In this document: piece after piece, positions 13,879 through 27,504 of the stretch | Numbering within the stretch: the stretch's first letter is position 1 | Layout: every line of letters begins with the position of its first letter | DNA from: Takakia lepidozioides | Taxonomy: Eukaryota > Plantae > Bryophyta | Direction: 5' to 3' | NCBI GenBank assembly: GCA_030704615.1 | Contig: CM060731.1 | Location: 71,362,001-71,426,000, forward strand | Length of the DNA stretch: 64,000 nucleotides | Position numbers and translations under genes: made by a program | Notes under the pieces: model-generated | Databases searched by the model: none | What the model was told of the DNA's origin: nothing | The model's input: the letters and a program-made list of their open reading frames with translations, nothing else

Positions 13879-13911
13879 ATCACGTGCGTACAAAGGTTTA
13901 TTTATACTAGT
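13879..13911 (+). mobile_element. Possible degenerate Helitron 3' terminus
   Basis: cacgtgcgtacaaaggtttatttataCTAG|T resembles the plant Helitron hairpin-plus-CTAG end, but the hairpin is imperfect and no 5' TC end was located. Confidence 0.25.
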
Positions 13912-14962
13912 AAATTAACACCCTATTTTCTTTATAATTTCTTTTTACAACAATTAATTAGATCTTATTTTAAATTGTCTTTTTAAATAATTGCAAAATT
14001 TCAAAGCATGTACACAAACAAGTACATTCCATATACCATAAGTCAAATGCCAGACCCAAGAAAAAGTTTAATTTTCATTAGCCACGAACTCATTCAAAGC
14101 CGCAGTATCACTTGGATCTAAAGAGTACATGTTTTGAGATGGTTCAAATGCCATAGTCACTGTTGAGATTATGGTATCAACATCAATCCACTGTGTATCA
14201 CTGGAATCATATTTGAACTCCAGGTGGCCTCTATCTGATTTCATCCTAGATTAGAGTTGGATGAAATATGACAAACTTCACAAGGATGGATACATTATAC
14301 TGTGAATAAAAACCTTTATTACATTAACTTTTAAAGTAAAACTATGGATTTTTTATGACCCTTCTTTTAAAAAAACTAGGTGAAAAGATATTGCCCTACC
14401 ATATTTTCTAAGTAAATTTTTTCTAAATTTTACCTCAAAAAAATAAATCACACCATATATTTGTTCTCACGTGGTTTTGAAAATACGGGTAATGACCCCC
14501 CAAGGACGTTACTAGACTATACACTAACCAACACACTTATTACATATATATATTTGATGCTGACCCTGAGTGGGGTCTGGAGAAAGGAGTGATAAAGATT
14601 TATCAGGTGGCCTGTAGAGGAAGAGCACGTTGGTTACCAACATTGGTTTATGTGATAGCATTGCTATCCATTAAGCGAGTAGAGTTTGAAGGCTGGGAGG
14701 AAAGAAAGGTGAATGTTTATACTCATATGCATGAAGAGCTTGTACTGGTAAAGAATTGGATTCCAAAGGATATTTTGTGGATCAAACTCACACCAAGAAC
14801 AGCTTTTCAGACTTGTTTGCCATATGGTTATATGGTAATGGAGACTTCAAGTATAGCCAAAGGGTGCATTGAAGCTTGAAAGAAACCCAGGCATATACGA
14901 GAGATATTATAGAAGAGAGTTTTGGTTATTGCCACATTAAAAAGAAATGAAAGACATGGGAC

Positions 14963-17900
14963 ATGAGTGATGAAAGAGAAGCTAGACGCCAGAGATATTC
15001 AGCAAAAAGAGAAAGCTATCTGAAAGCTAATTATCCATATCTTTGGGAGAGAGGAATAGACATAGGGGAATCATCTGGACCTCTTGTAGTGTGAAAAGAA
15101 GGGGCGTGAATCCCCTTCTGGTTAATCCTAAATCTGTACTCCTCCTACTCGTCCCTGTTGAAGTATCAGGGCAAAGGAAAGGAGCGTTCTCTTTTCTGTC
15201 CAACCATCGTCATGAGGCTATATGGGTTTTTCCCTCAGGTTCGTTCGTGATCAGAGTTTGCGGAATCCTCATCCACGCCGCAGCGGAAGAGAAGACATGG
15301 ATGGGAGTCTTTGGTTTGTTCTTGCCCTCGGTTCTACTTCTATGCAACAGCCTGGCCCTATGCTCACTGCGCCAACAGTGTTGGCGCGATCTTTTCTGTG
15401 ATGCAAGCAGCCCAATGGCAGCGGGGAATACGACCCTTAATGTGAACCCCCCTTGAGCAGTGACATGTCGGAAATCCCTTTTTGTAATGGTGACACAGAT
15501 TTAGAGGGAGACAGCTCAGATCTTCATAAACTGCAGGGGCACTGGTTTTCCTTCAGGATTCATGCTTTCTTCATCTCAATCTCCCCAAGTTGGCCATCCC
15601 CCCATCAACCCCTTTTGCTGAGCAGCTCTCTCTCTCTCTCTCTCTTTTCCTTTTCTCGTCTGTTTCTCTATCTCTGTCTATGTCTACAGGCTCCTTACTT
15701 CTTCACATACAGCCCATCTATCACGTAATGCAAATGCACACTCCGCCAGGCATCCAGTGCAACCAGCCTTGAAGTCATCCTTGGTCTCACAAGGCAAAAC
15801 CATCCCTTTCATCAGTCTCTCTATCTCTCTCTCTCTCTTCTCTCCGTCAATACTCAACCCTTCACACTACCCTTTTCTTTTAAAAGATCCCATTTCCCAA
15901 AACAGCTCTCATCCCTTCTTCAGATTCAACCTGAATACCCCAACATCTCTCTTTTCCTTTCAACAAAAGGGCTTAAGTCGTTCATATCCTGATACAATGC
16001 TGAAATCACACCTTATCCCTTTTGTGTTTTCATACAGTTCCAGCTAACCCTCAATTATCTCTCCAAGCAAACAAGCTATATCTACATTGGGTCCAGTGTA
16101 TCACTACCCCCCAGCAGCATTGTGTGTAGGTTTACAACACTGAAACAATGACAAGAATGAAGACAACAGTGACCATTCTGTTTTCTGTGACAACAGTCTC
16201 TCTCTCTCTCTCTTCACTCATTTTTCTTACTGACACTACGACGGCAGGTGTATCCATTCCTTCCATGTTCTGGTTTGAAGTCCAGAGTCTCCATTCCATT
16301 TCCAAAAACCTTTCCTCTATCACATGTCTCCACCCTTTCCTTTCAACAAACAGGGCAGTCCTAAATCTACCAAAAGCGATTTCTAAGTCCGCCAAAAGAA
16401 GAATCCCACAGTCTACCAACTTATCTGTTTTTATCCTCCAGTGAAGCGGTGGGTCAGCCTGCCAAGATGGCACCTCACCATCGCCTGTCAGCAGCCACCA
16501 CAACCTTTTCTCCTTGTCTTGATTCTAGAGTTTATCATGCCATGATGTCTCCTCATCATCCTATGGAGCATCCTGTGGTTTGCCAACTAAATTGCTCTAT
16601 TCTTCTATGCATGTAGCTCTTTAAGAACTGAAATGGACCTATAGCAAGAAGACAAAAAAAGCAGCTAGAAGCCTGATTACAGATAACCTATGTTGTCATC
16701 CAGCCAGCACTCCACATGCCTTATCGCCTCCATTGATTGTGCTCAGATTCTCTTCCTTGTGCTTCTGGCAGGTGGCCGTTCTCCTTGCTTGCTCATCTGC
16801 CCATAACTGTCATCTTCAAGACAGTGGCGGCAGCGGTGGTGCGCCGCTCTCCTTACATGCTCCTATCTCCATGAATTGATCATCACAACGAGAAAGACGG
16901 CACCACTTCCCTTTACACAGAATACCAAGCAGAGGCACTTAATGCTGCCCCTAAACCAAGCGAGTCCAGCGCAGGTACAACCTCTCAACACAGACTGCCC
17001 TGTCAACACCACAGCTCGCGGTAGCTGCTACGAATCGCCCGTCATCTTCCTCTTCGTTCTTCCTTCCTCGCGATTTTTAGGTTGAGCATCAGTGACGAAA
17101 ACGTTCATCGCATGGATGAAAAATGCATGGTCACGACTTAGCCATTTTTATTTTGGCAACGCATGAGTACAGTATGCCCACAAAATTACCTGTATGGAGG
17201 GATATATCCCTCTTGCAGTTGGTATCAGGGCCCTCCCATTATAGTGATGCAGGGTCTTAACGGTGAAGCCAAAATGTAATGTCACTCCCGTGCATTCACA
17301 CTACACTCTCACACCATTAAGAAAGAGTACATCACCCATACCGGAAGAACTAGAGTTGGATGCCACTCCTTCTGTTTCTTTGCAAGAAAGATTAAGGGAA
17401 TTGGTACGGGAAGAAGATCAATCACGAGGTGAAAGATCTGAGGTACATCCCTGGATAAAAGATTTGACAGAAATCTTTGATAAGAGTTGGCATGGAACAC
17501 CAAAAGCAGGAACTCCAGTTTCTGAAGCGGAAGGTGAAGAAGGAGGAGAGGATGTGGCAGAGCCAACGGAGAGTTCAGACTCTCCAACACCATTACAGTT
17601 GAGTTACATGAGTGAAGAAGAAGCCCAAGGGCAGAACTTGGAGGATGAAAACAGAGAGAAGAAATTGAAAGAGGAAGAATATGAAGAAGTAGACCCAACA
17701 GCTGAGGTTGAGACTACAACCAGGACATCCCAACCCGTTGGACCTGGATCAAGTGGAGTACTTGGATCACAAGCCAACGAAGGTGTCGGCTCAGGGGGAT
17801 CAGGCGGGCTACCTGGATCTGGCTCTGGGGGGACAGGGAGTGTGGGAAGTAGTGCAACTGAAGCTGGGAATATTGTGAATATCGTGGGGCCAGAAGCAGG

Positions 17901-20900
17901 GAGTGCTCAAGGGCCACCACTTGGTGGAAGATCCACCACAACAACAACAGGTCCAGAAGGACCAGCACCAGCAAGGGTGCCAGCACCTGTCAGTGGGCAA
18001 AAAGTAGGGCCACAGATGGCGTTACAACCAACACGGGCAAAACCACCTTTTCCAATATATTCAGGAAAAGGGGATCCGATGTACACATTAGCCAATTTGA
18101 GCACATGTGTATAGTGAACAATGAGAATGGCGATGATGCCAAGATGAGATTGTTTCCTTGTTCACTTATAAAGAAAGCAAGTGAATGGTATGCAAGATTC
18201 CCTGATAATCATTTCCTAACCTGGAATGGCTTGAATACAGCATTCCGAAATAGGTTCAGGACAAGTAAAACTGAGGATGAAGTGTATGGAAGTTTTACAA
18301 CAGTTAAAGCAAAAAGAAGCATGAAACTGTTGAGGAGTATATGGAAAAGATGGAATTGATGATGAAAAAGCTGGCTGCAGTACCAGCACCAGGTTTACAG
18401 AAGACTTGGTTTGTGAGTGGACTAAGACCAGAGTTGCAAAAGAAAGTGGATATGTTACCCCATAATACAGTGGAGGAGGCATTTGAAACTGCAAACAGAA
18501 TTGAGCAATTGGGAATGCTCAGGAGAGAGAAAAGGGATGATGAGGACTCTGAGGATGAGTCAGATGAAGAAGAAGAGCAAGAACTAAAAAGGAAGAGTAA
18601 GAGAAAGGAGAAGTTGAAGAGGGATAACTATGAGAAAAGATTGGAAGAAATCTTGAAGAAGTATGCCACAGAGGCTGCAACACATTGGAGGAAGGGTGTA
18701 TGGTGTGCAAAGTGCCAGAATGAAGGCCATACCACCACAGAATGCCACATGAAGGAGAAACACTGTACTATCTGTAAAATGGATAACCATTCTACTGAGA
18801 ATTGTTACTACAACAGAAGGACAGTTGCAAGAGAACCTAGGCAAGTAAGGGTGCATCAGGTGCAGCCCCAGCCAAGAAGAAACAATGATCAGGACCACTA
18901 TGGTAGGTCTGGTGGTATAACAATGGCATGGAAGGGAGAGGTAATTCAAGAGGGAATTACCAAAGAAATTCCAGAGGCAACTATCAGGGTAATCCAAGGG
19001 GGAATTACCAGCCCGGGAATCAGGATTACAGAAATAATCCAAGAACAGACCAAGGGCGAGGACCCAATGGTGAAGAACTATGTTACTATTGTAATCAGCC
19101 AGGACATCGCAAGGCAGCCTGTTCATTCTGGATTAGACACCAGAATGAGATGAGAGCTCCTGTGAATGAGGGCCCAGTGGTGGCAGCTCACATGGTTAGG
19201 CCATGTGTTGTACCAGAAGTAAGTACAATGATAGTAACAAGAAGTAAAGCCAAACTAATACCTCCAGTAGTAGAGGAAGAAGATGATAATGAAGGTGGCA
19301 GTGATATGCCTGAAGATGATGAGGCTTGGAGAGATGAGAAGGAACTGCACAAAGAAGTGGCAGATACCATAAGGGAAATGCAGAAGAGTACTGATATTCC
19401 TGTGGCAGATTCCTCTGATTCTGATGGAGAAGAAGAAGTGAGTGAGGATGAAAGGAAGAAAAAAGATGCAGACATGCAAAGTAATGAAGAGACTTTGGCT
19501 GAAGTAATATGCCAGACCAAAGCAGAGATTACCATTGGACAGCTATTGCTGTGGCACCTTATTGTAGGCACAGGCTGTATCAAGCAATCAATCGAATTGC
19601 CCAGGAGACAGGAAACACAGACCTGAACAGCAAGGTGACCAGTTATAATGTGAAGCCGCGAGAAACAGTCATGGACTTTGATGATTCTATGCCAGTAATC
19701 CAATTGAGAATTGGAAGCACAGAACTAACTGATGTACTGATAGATGGAGGTTCTGGAGTAAATATCATGACAGACCAATTAAGGAAGAAGCTTGGTCTAA
19801 GTAACATGAAACCAGCCCCATTTACAGTAACAATGGCAGATCAAAGAAGTGTACAGCCATTGGGATTAATAAGAGGAGTTAAGATACAGATACAGAAGAT
19901 GATCTTTATGATCACAGTAACTGTGTTGAAGATGGATGAAGTCATGGAGGCTTACTCCTTATTATTGGGACGTCCGTGGCTGAAACAGGCCAGGGTATTC
20001 CATGACTGGAATTCTCAGTTACTAACCGTAATGGGATACACGAGATACAAATTACCACAAAGAAATCTAGTAGATTACCTGCTACGAGAAGACCTCGAGG
20101 AGTCAGAGAGTATGACTGGAGAGGGAGGACTGGATGAGGAGCAGGAAGCTACCCTGTTTGCTGCACACCCAGAGTGGGAGCAGGTTGCAGAGATGCGGCT
20201 GGAAGGCCTAAGTTGTTTAAGGGGTATCTGTTGTGGTGTAGTGTCAGCAACACCAATTGAAGAGGAAACCAGCAGTTACCCATCACATTTCTATGAAGAA
20301 AAAGAAGGAGAAATGGAAATCCTAGAGGAACCAGCCACTGTGAGTTTACAGGATGAAGTGGTGACTGGTTGGACAATCACAGCTGATGAGCAAGTGAGGG
20401 AAGTGAATGTGGGAACTCAAGAGGAACCGAGGATGGTGAAGGTAGGAGCTGATTTGGAGCCAGAATTCTTTGAAGAAGCTAAGAGTTTGTTCATCAAATA
20501 CAGAGATGTATTTGCTTGGAGCTATGAGGATTAAAAGGGATACCACCTGAAATCTGTCAGCATAAGATTGAACTGGAACCGGTCAGTACCAATCAAGCAG
20601 GCAAGGTACAGAATGAATCCCAACTACGCACAGAAGGTTGGAGAAGAGATCAAGAAGTTGGCTGAGGCTAAGTTTATATACCCAATAGAGTATACAACTT
20701 GGTTGTCACCCATGTGATAGTTCCCAAGAAGAATGGTAAACTAAGAGTTTGTGTGAACTATAAGAAGCTGAATGCTTGTACGAAGAAGATCCTTTCCCTT
20801 GCCATTCACAGAAGCAGTATTGGACACTGTGGCAGGCCATGAGATGTACTCATTCATGGATGGCTTCAGTGGTTATAATCAAGTGCAAGTGGCAGAAGAA

Positions 20901-23456
20901 GACCAAGGAAAGACAGCTTTCATCACAGACTGGGTGCTTATGCATACAAAGTCATGCCCTTTGGACTTTGTAATGCACCAGCAACCTTTCAGAGAGTGAT
21001 AAGTGAATCTTTTCATGAGTATCTGGATGATTTCATGCAGGTATTCTTGGATGATTTCAGTGTGTACAGCTCTAAGAATGAGCACTTGCATAAATTGGAG
21101 TTATGTCTGGCCAGATGCAGATGAGAGGTCTGGGCCTGAATCCAGAGAAATGTACTTTCTGTGTGAACTCAGGGTGCTTCTGGGACACATTGTGTGTAAG
21201 AGGGGACTTCTTGTGGATCCCAGGAAGACAGAGGCCATTAAAGCCTCTCCACCACCAGTGAATGTTAAGAGTCTAAGGAGATTCCTTGGACAAACCAGCT
21301 ATTACAGAAGATTTGTCAGACGGTATGCACAGATAGCAGCACCATTGAGCAAACTTCTGAAGAAAGATGCAGTGTTTGCATGGACACCTGAATGTCAACA
21401 GGCTTTTGAGGAACTTACATTGTCAGTAACAACTACACCTGTGCTGATTAATCCTCACTGGCAGGAAATATTTCATGTTCACTGTGATGTTTCTGGAGAA
21501 GCACTAGGAGCGGTGTTAGCCCAAAATGTTACAGGAAGGATAGATTCACCTGTGTACTATGCTAGCCGATTGATGAACAATGCCAAAAGAAATTATAGCA
21601 CAACGGAAAGAGAAGCATTGGCAATGATCTATGCAGTGAAGAAATTCAGGCATTACCTGTTGGGGCAAGAAGTTTATGTTCTATGTGGATCACCAGGCTC
21701 TGATATACCTGGTAAACAAACTCTGATAAGCGGAAGAATAGCAAGATGGTTGATAATCTTGCACGAGTTTGAGTTCGAGGTTGTTTACAAGCCTGGAGAG
21801 ACTGCATCTTGTGCGGATCACTTGTCAAGGTTATCAACAGGAGAACCAGCCACAGGAGTAGATGATCAATTACCAGATGCGAGTCTATTTGCAGTGGAGG
21901 TGCAGGAAGTGCAGATGACTGGTTAGATTGGCAGTGGCCAATCAGATACTACCTTGCTCATGGTCAGTGCCCACCAAGTTATGGAAAGGAGCAGAGAAAG
22001 AGAATTGCTATCAAGGCTCTACCTTACACTATGTAGGGAGCAGAATGTATAAGCTAGGACCAGATGGAGTGTTGAAGCGATGCTTTATACCACCATGAAG
22101 TTAATAAAGTTTTGGAGGAAGTTCATAAAAGAGTGGCAGGAGGTCATTTTGGAGAAGAGACTACCAGCAGGAAATACTACATGCAGGTTACTGGTGGCCT
22201 ACTTTGTTCAAAGATGTACACAAGTATTGTCAGAGTTTGTGATGAATGTCAGAGGCTAGGACCTTTGCAGAGATCTGGGAAAATGTCTTTGCATCCTACA
22301 ATGCCTACGAAACCATTTCAGAAATGGGGACTAGACTTTGTTGGACCAATTAACCCACCAGCCAAGAATACACAGAACAGGTACATAATTACAGCCACTG
22401 ATTATACTACGAAGTGGGTGGAACCTAAAGCTTTGAGGGACAACACAGCCAAGTCCACAGCAAGGTTTCTGTATGAGAAATACTTACACGATTTTGTCCC
22501 TTGGAATTTATCAGTGATCAAGGAAGTCACTTCATTAATGAGACCATTGAATTATTGACTAAAGAGTTCATGATTGTGCATAGGAGAGTACAACATATTA
22601 CCCACAGGGTAATGGGCAGGCAGAGGCTACCAACAAAATACTATGTACTATCTTGGCTAAGATAGTCAATGCAAACAGAACGGATTGGGATACAAAGCTG
22701 CTGACAGCTTTGTGGTCATACAGGACTTCATATAAAGTCACCACTAAGTATACACCATTCCAATTAGTTTATGGTATGGAAGCTTTAAGTTCTTGTTACC
22801 TACCATGAGAACGGAATGGGAAGAGAATGGAATTGCAAGATTCCATTAAAGTCAGGAAACATGAATTATACCATGTGGAAGAAGTACGTGCTGATGCAGC
22901 TGATAATATGACCAGAATTCAGATGAAGAGAAAGGAACAGTTTGATGAAGGCAAGTTAAAGACTTTTAAGACGGGAGATTTGGTTCTATGGTTGCAGAAG
23001 AAGAGAAAGATTAAAGCTTCTAAGCTTAAATCACCATGGAAAGGACCTTATGTCATACAAAAGATGTATGATAACAACACCGCCATGTTACAAACCATTA
23101 ACAAAGAGATGCTGGGAAGAGTCAATGCTAATAAGTTGAAGGGGTACAGTGGTATCCATGACAAACCATTGCAGCATGATTTGCATGTTGAAACGCAAAA
23201 GCAGTCACGGGCTGCGCCAGTGTTACCAACGGAGTATAGAGCACTTGTCGCTAGGCCGAGCATATATGACAAGGGCGGACAGAACAAGCGAGACACAGCC
23301 TATCACAGCCCATCACGGCGCGACACAGCATATCACAGCCTAGCGCACACAGCCTATCACAGCTACCACAGCGTGTCACAACCTATCACAGCTTACCACA
23401 GTGTATCACAGCCTATCACGGCATACCACAGTATGACACAACCTATCACAGCTTAA
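14963..23456 (+). pseudogene. A1 gag-pol, frameshifted and interrupted by a 2.2-kb insertion
   Basis: MSDEREARRQ start; three CX2CX4HX4C knuckles; protease LIDGGS; RT MDGFSGYNQ..FLDD; RNase H HCDVS..EREALA; integrase WGLDF and the GPY motif. Confidence 0.93.
15085..17305. mobile_element. 2221-bp non-coding insertion with TGTAGTGTGAA terminal inverted repeats and 4-bp TSD (CTCT)
   Basis: Absent from the homologous gag of A3, whose empty site reads gacCTCTcacacc. Perfect 11-bp TIR. CTCT at 15081-15084 and 17306-17309. Confidence 0.9.
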
Positions 23457-23465
23457 CACAGCCTA
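23290..23465 (+). repeat. Post-integrase degenerate tandem array (CACAGCCTATCACAGC units)
   Basis: Also present at about 30855-31095, 36670-36910 (minus strand, ~30-bp units translating as RRDTAYHSPS) and 52380-52525. Confidence 0.85.
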
Positions 23466-23958
23466 CTAGGGTTACACAATCCATAGAATCAGTGACAGGT
23501 GGACGCAGGATAACTTCAGTGAAATGGCCGGCGGAAGAAAGGACGGAAGCCAGTTTAAAAGGGACACGTGGAAGTCAGGGCGTAACACACAGCCGAGAAG
23601 GAAGTGCAAGAACGGATGTCATCAAGAAAGGGGACAAGAATGGCCGTCAAAATACCTAATCAGTGCGTCAAATTGGATGAATGGCGGGCCCATTAATGAA
23701 TACAGAAAAGGGGGGCAACAGAACAAACGGCAAGTACAGAAAAGCGAAATTCTTGTCACATGTGTTATCTAGTGGACAGTCCACAGGGAAAGTTCACTAA
23801 AGAAAATTAAATCTAAAATCCAGTCACAGCGGTTACAGCCAATAGAAAACCAGAGAAGGGATCAAGAAATTAGAGGGAAATTAGGCGCAAGAGTCGGCGT
23901 CGTTCTGAGTAACGGGCGTCTCGACGGGACAAACCATCAATGTTATAGCTTTGAAGCT

Positions 23959-26900
23959 ATGGAGGAACTAACAGACTATACGCTCGCAATATTACTTACG
24001 CAGTGGCATAGGGACGAACAAAGAGCGGATCTTTTCTCTTGAGCGATGCTTGCAAGCCCGCAGGCTTACAAGAAATTACCCATAGCTTTTTGTGGCAACC
24101 ATACGTTTATGCTTTGTGCACTACAGGCATTTCTTCAATTGTTACAGCCAAAACATTTTCTGTGGTCTAGAATGAAGAGAGTGAGAGGAATGGAGGAAAT
24201 CAGGGTGAAGAGCACCACAATTCTGCAGAAACAAACGATTGCTACCCCACAGGCGATACAGATACTGAAGGAGCTGAGATTGCAAGGATTGCAAAGCAAA
24301 GATTGGACATTGCACCATAGACAGTACATGTTACAATTCTTGCAGAACTTTGAGCCAGGACAGGAGCAACAACGGTGAAGGGAGTTGAATTAGTAATTAC
24401 TCCCCTATACCTACAGCAATTGTTTTCGATTCAGCAGGCAGGTGCATGTGGAGGAGCACAGGGCAAGACTGCAAATAGGGGACTTATTCCAAGAAGGGAG
24501 TTTCTTTAAAACTCAGGGTTATGCTTGTACCAAGGCCGTGTACCCAGGGCTAAAGGAGGTAGGCCAGGTATTGAACGTTCTGTTTGCCATGAAACAGAAC
24601 CAACAGTATTTGAGCAGATCCTTCACAGAGGAAATACTCAAAGCCCTGAGAGGAGAAGAGGTAGAATGGGCGGACATAATGTACAACGCACTGGTAGAGG
24701 AGATGAAAAGATTACAGGGTACTGCCGCAAAGTCTCCTATCATAGTGTCTGGCCCAATCATTGCTCAAATAATTCTTGATTCTGGCATACTTGATGCGCG
24801 AGAAAGAAAGGAGATGGGAGTGTTTGAGCCAGAAACCACTGCAATGGAAGAGCAAGGCTCTTCACACAGTGAGGGTGGACTGGCAGGGCAACCCGAGAAT
24901 AAGAGACAGAGGCGGGGAAAGACTGTAGTGGTGGATCCACTGGCTTCACGGAATCCGCATGATAATGTTTCCCAAGTTTTTGTGCAGGAAGGGGCACAGC
25001 AGCACAGAGAACTGCTATTACTGGAAGCAGGACCTTCAGAGAGGGAAGAGGAAGTTACTTCAGTATCACAACCATCACAGCCAGAGGATCGGCTTGTCAC
25101 AAGGTTACCACAAGTTGTCCATGCACTTCAACTAGAAATAATTGATTTAGAAAAAGAAGGGTTAGATATTCCCACTACAGAACAGGTGGTGGCAGAAATT
25201 GAGAAGGGGGACCTTCTCTATGAATATTCTGGTATGGTCAAGACACAGTGATTCCGGAGGTGCAACGGTTGTCCAAGGGAAACCCTTGGTGCATATAATA
25301 CACACACCTGTGACGGAGGTACCACAGGTAGAATGTCAAGACACTGCAGCACCAGTGACGGATGAAGTGGTTCAGGAAGAAAATCTGGTGGGCAATGGCC
25401 TGAATGGTTCGTAAGGCATCACACTGTTGAGGATCAGGGAGAACAGCAACAAGCTCACCATGATGACCCTCAACAGGCTATGCTTATGAGTTTCATAAGC
25501 AGGACACTGAATTTGTTTGGGTACTTATGTCAAATCCCATGTTCCCACTACTCAATTGGCAGCTTTGAGGGAGGAACTCAGGAAGAGTTTGAGGCTCGAC
25601 TTGCAGAGTGTGCAAACAAGGTCGATGAAGAGGTCACTCTCAAAATGCAGCAAGACTTGGAGAGTACAGAAGCGGCTTTGCAATTGGCCAAGGAACAATT
25701 GATTGAGGCAAGCCTCGCACAAGAACACTTGCACGAAGCACATAAGCAACAGCTATACCAAATGCAGGTGAAGCATGAAAGCAAGTTGCAAGAAGTGAAT
25801 GCACTACATATGGAGTTGCAGACAGTGCATGACAGGATGGCCATACAATGTGCTACACTCACAACTATGCTTGACCAAATCTACAAAAGAAATAAACAGT
25901 CAAGCGGAAAAATGTACGAAGGCAGAGGAAGAGAATGTTGAGCAAATGAAACTCATTGTCGATATGAGAATACAATCTGTCGCAATGAGGATACTTTCAA
26001 GCAATACAGGCAGGTTGAAGCTGACCAAGAGAAGCACATCCTGGAGTTGCAACAAACGGTCATGGCCAATAGAAATGAAATCTCGGTCACTAACAAGGCT
26101 TGGAAGGAAGCCAATAATCTGCTTGCTATGCTGCCTATGCGCAATTGCCCTCATGCGAAGCGCATGCTTTACAACAGCAGTTAGATGTGTACAAACTCAG
26201 AGAGGAGCACACTCTCAGAGGAACCACAAGCAACTTGGTGGATAACCACCTTATGCAGGTCTGGTTAGCACAAGGGCCAGTGGAGGGCAAAGCACCACGA
26301 AAGCTCACCCAAAGCGAGATGAATGAGCTCAGACTGCAAGTGCAGAACATTGCCACAACTACTATAGACAATGTCTATAGTAGGATAGCAGAGTTATAGG
26401 AGGATGTAGACGGACTGCAGACTCAAGTGGAGGACCTCACTTCAATATCGACAAAAGAGTCTATATACCTGAGGAACAGGTAATGGCTTCTTATTTACAA
26501 GCCAGAACTTTGGCTTTTCAGTCTTCTTCACAGGAGGTGCAGGAGATGCCAATGATACAAGAACCAGTGCCATCAACACCACAACAAGTCACTGTGCCAG
26601 TAGCTGACCCTGTTGTTACTACAGCCACACCACAACCACCACAGCCTGACGTATGGGGCAATGCTGCTTTTAACCCACCAAAACTCCAGCTGCAAGGGAG
26701 TACAGTAGGGCTATGATTATGCCCTTCAACCAAATTCCCATTGTGTTGGATTTGGTTTGGAAAGAATTAGTCCTCCGTAGTCATTCGCACATTACTATCA
26801 AATCATGCGCATATGGCTGCCAGTGGCAACTAGGACTAAAGTTCTTCCGAATCAATCGACCAATTGAGGATCATCACTTTGCACAGTATGGCATGAGGCA

Positions 26901-27466
26901 GGTACCATGTTAAAGGAATTAATTGCTTTCCAAGTTGTACATGGATTCATTTATACCAAGACCAAGGAGGTAGCAAGTATTGTCATGGGGCGGGTTATAC
27001 TACGCTGCTTGTTTTCTGGTACGTTATCACATTGAGCAGCACAAGATGCAATCGCGCTTTCTGAGTTATTCCAGTGGGGATCATTGGGTCTTACCTTCAG
27101 TGCCACCTCATATGTACCTATATGAGGCAAAAGTTATGATACAAAAGGATTATCAAATTTTCATGGTTTCATGCGGCTGGAACAATTTGTCAACACAGAA
27201 ATTCGGCGGCATTGATATTTCTTTAGGGACATGAGGCATGGCATACTTGCACAATTCACAAAGTCATTGGTACCCCACTCACCTGGACAGACAAGGAGCT
27301 CAGGGTCTTCACCAATTTTGCCTCCAGAGGGCCTCACATATCCAGGTAGTGTTCATCATTCTCCGTCAACAGTGACAGTCCTCGGGCTCGTACACACAGT
27401 CCGCCACGAAACTCTCAACGTCAGAAAGGTGCTCGTTCACTAACGTTTGCTAATCCCAATCAGTAA
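23959..27466 (+). pseudogene. A1 extra 3' ORF (env-like position), frameshifted
   Basis: Fragments collinear with A5 48096-51865, with a deletion of about 240 bp near 27322. Confidence 0.85.
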
Positions 27467-27487
27467 ACCGTGAGGACACAACTTTTT

Positions 27488-27504
27488 GAGAGGGGAAGGG
27501 GTAA
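27488..27504 (+). other. Polypurine tract of A1
   Basis: GAGAGGGGAAGGGGTAA immediately before the LTR's TG. Equivalent tracts at 35113-35129, 46793-46808 (minus) and 48057-48074 (minus). Confidence 0.9.

Noticed and set aside
14486-14515. Second possible Helitron end (GGGTAATGACCC..CTAG)
   Set aside because: Only a 4-bp stem, and CTAG is followed by A rather than T.
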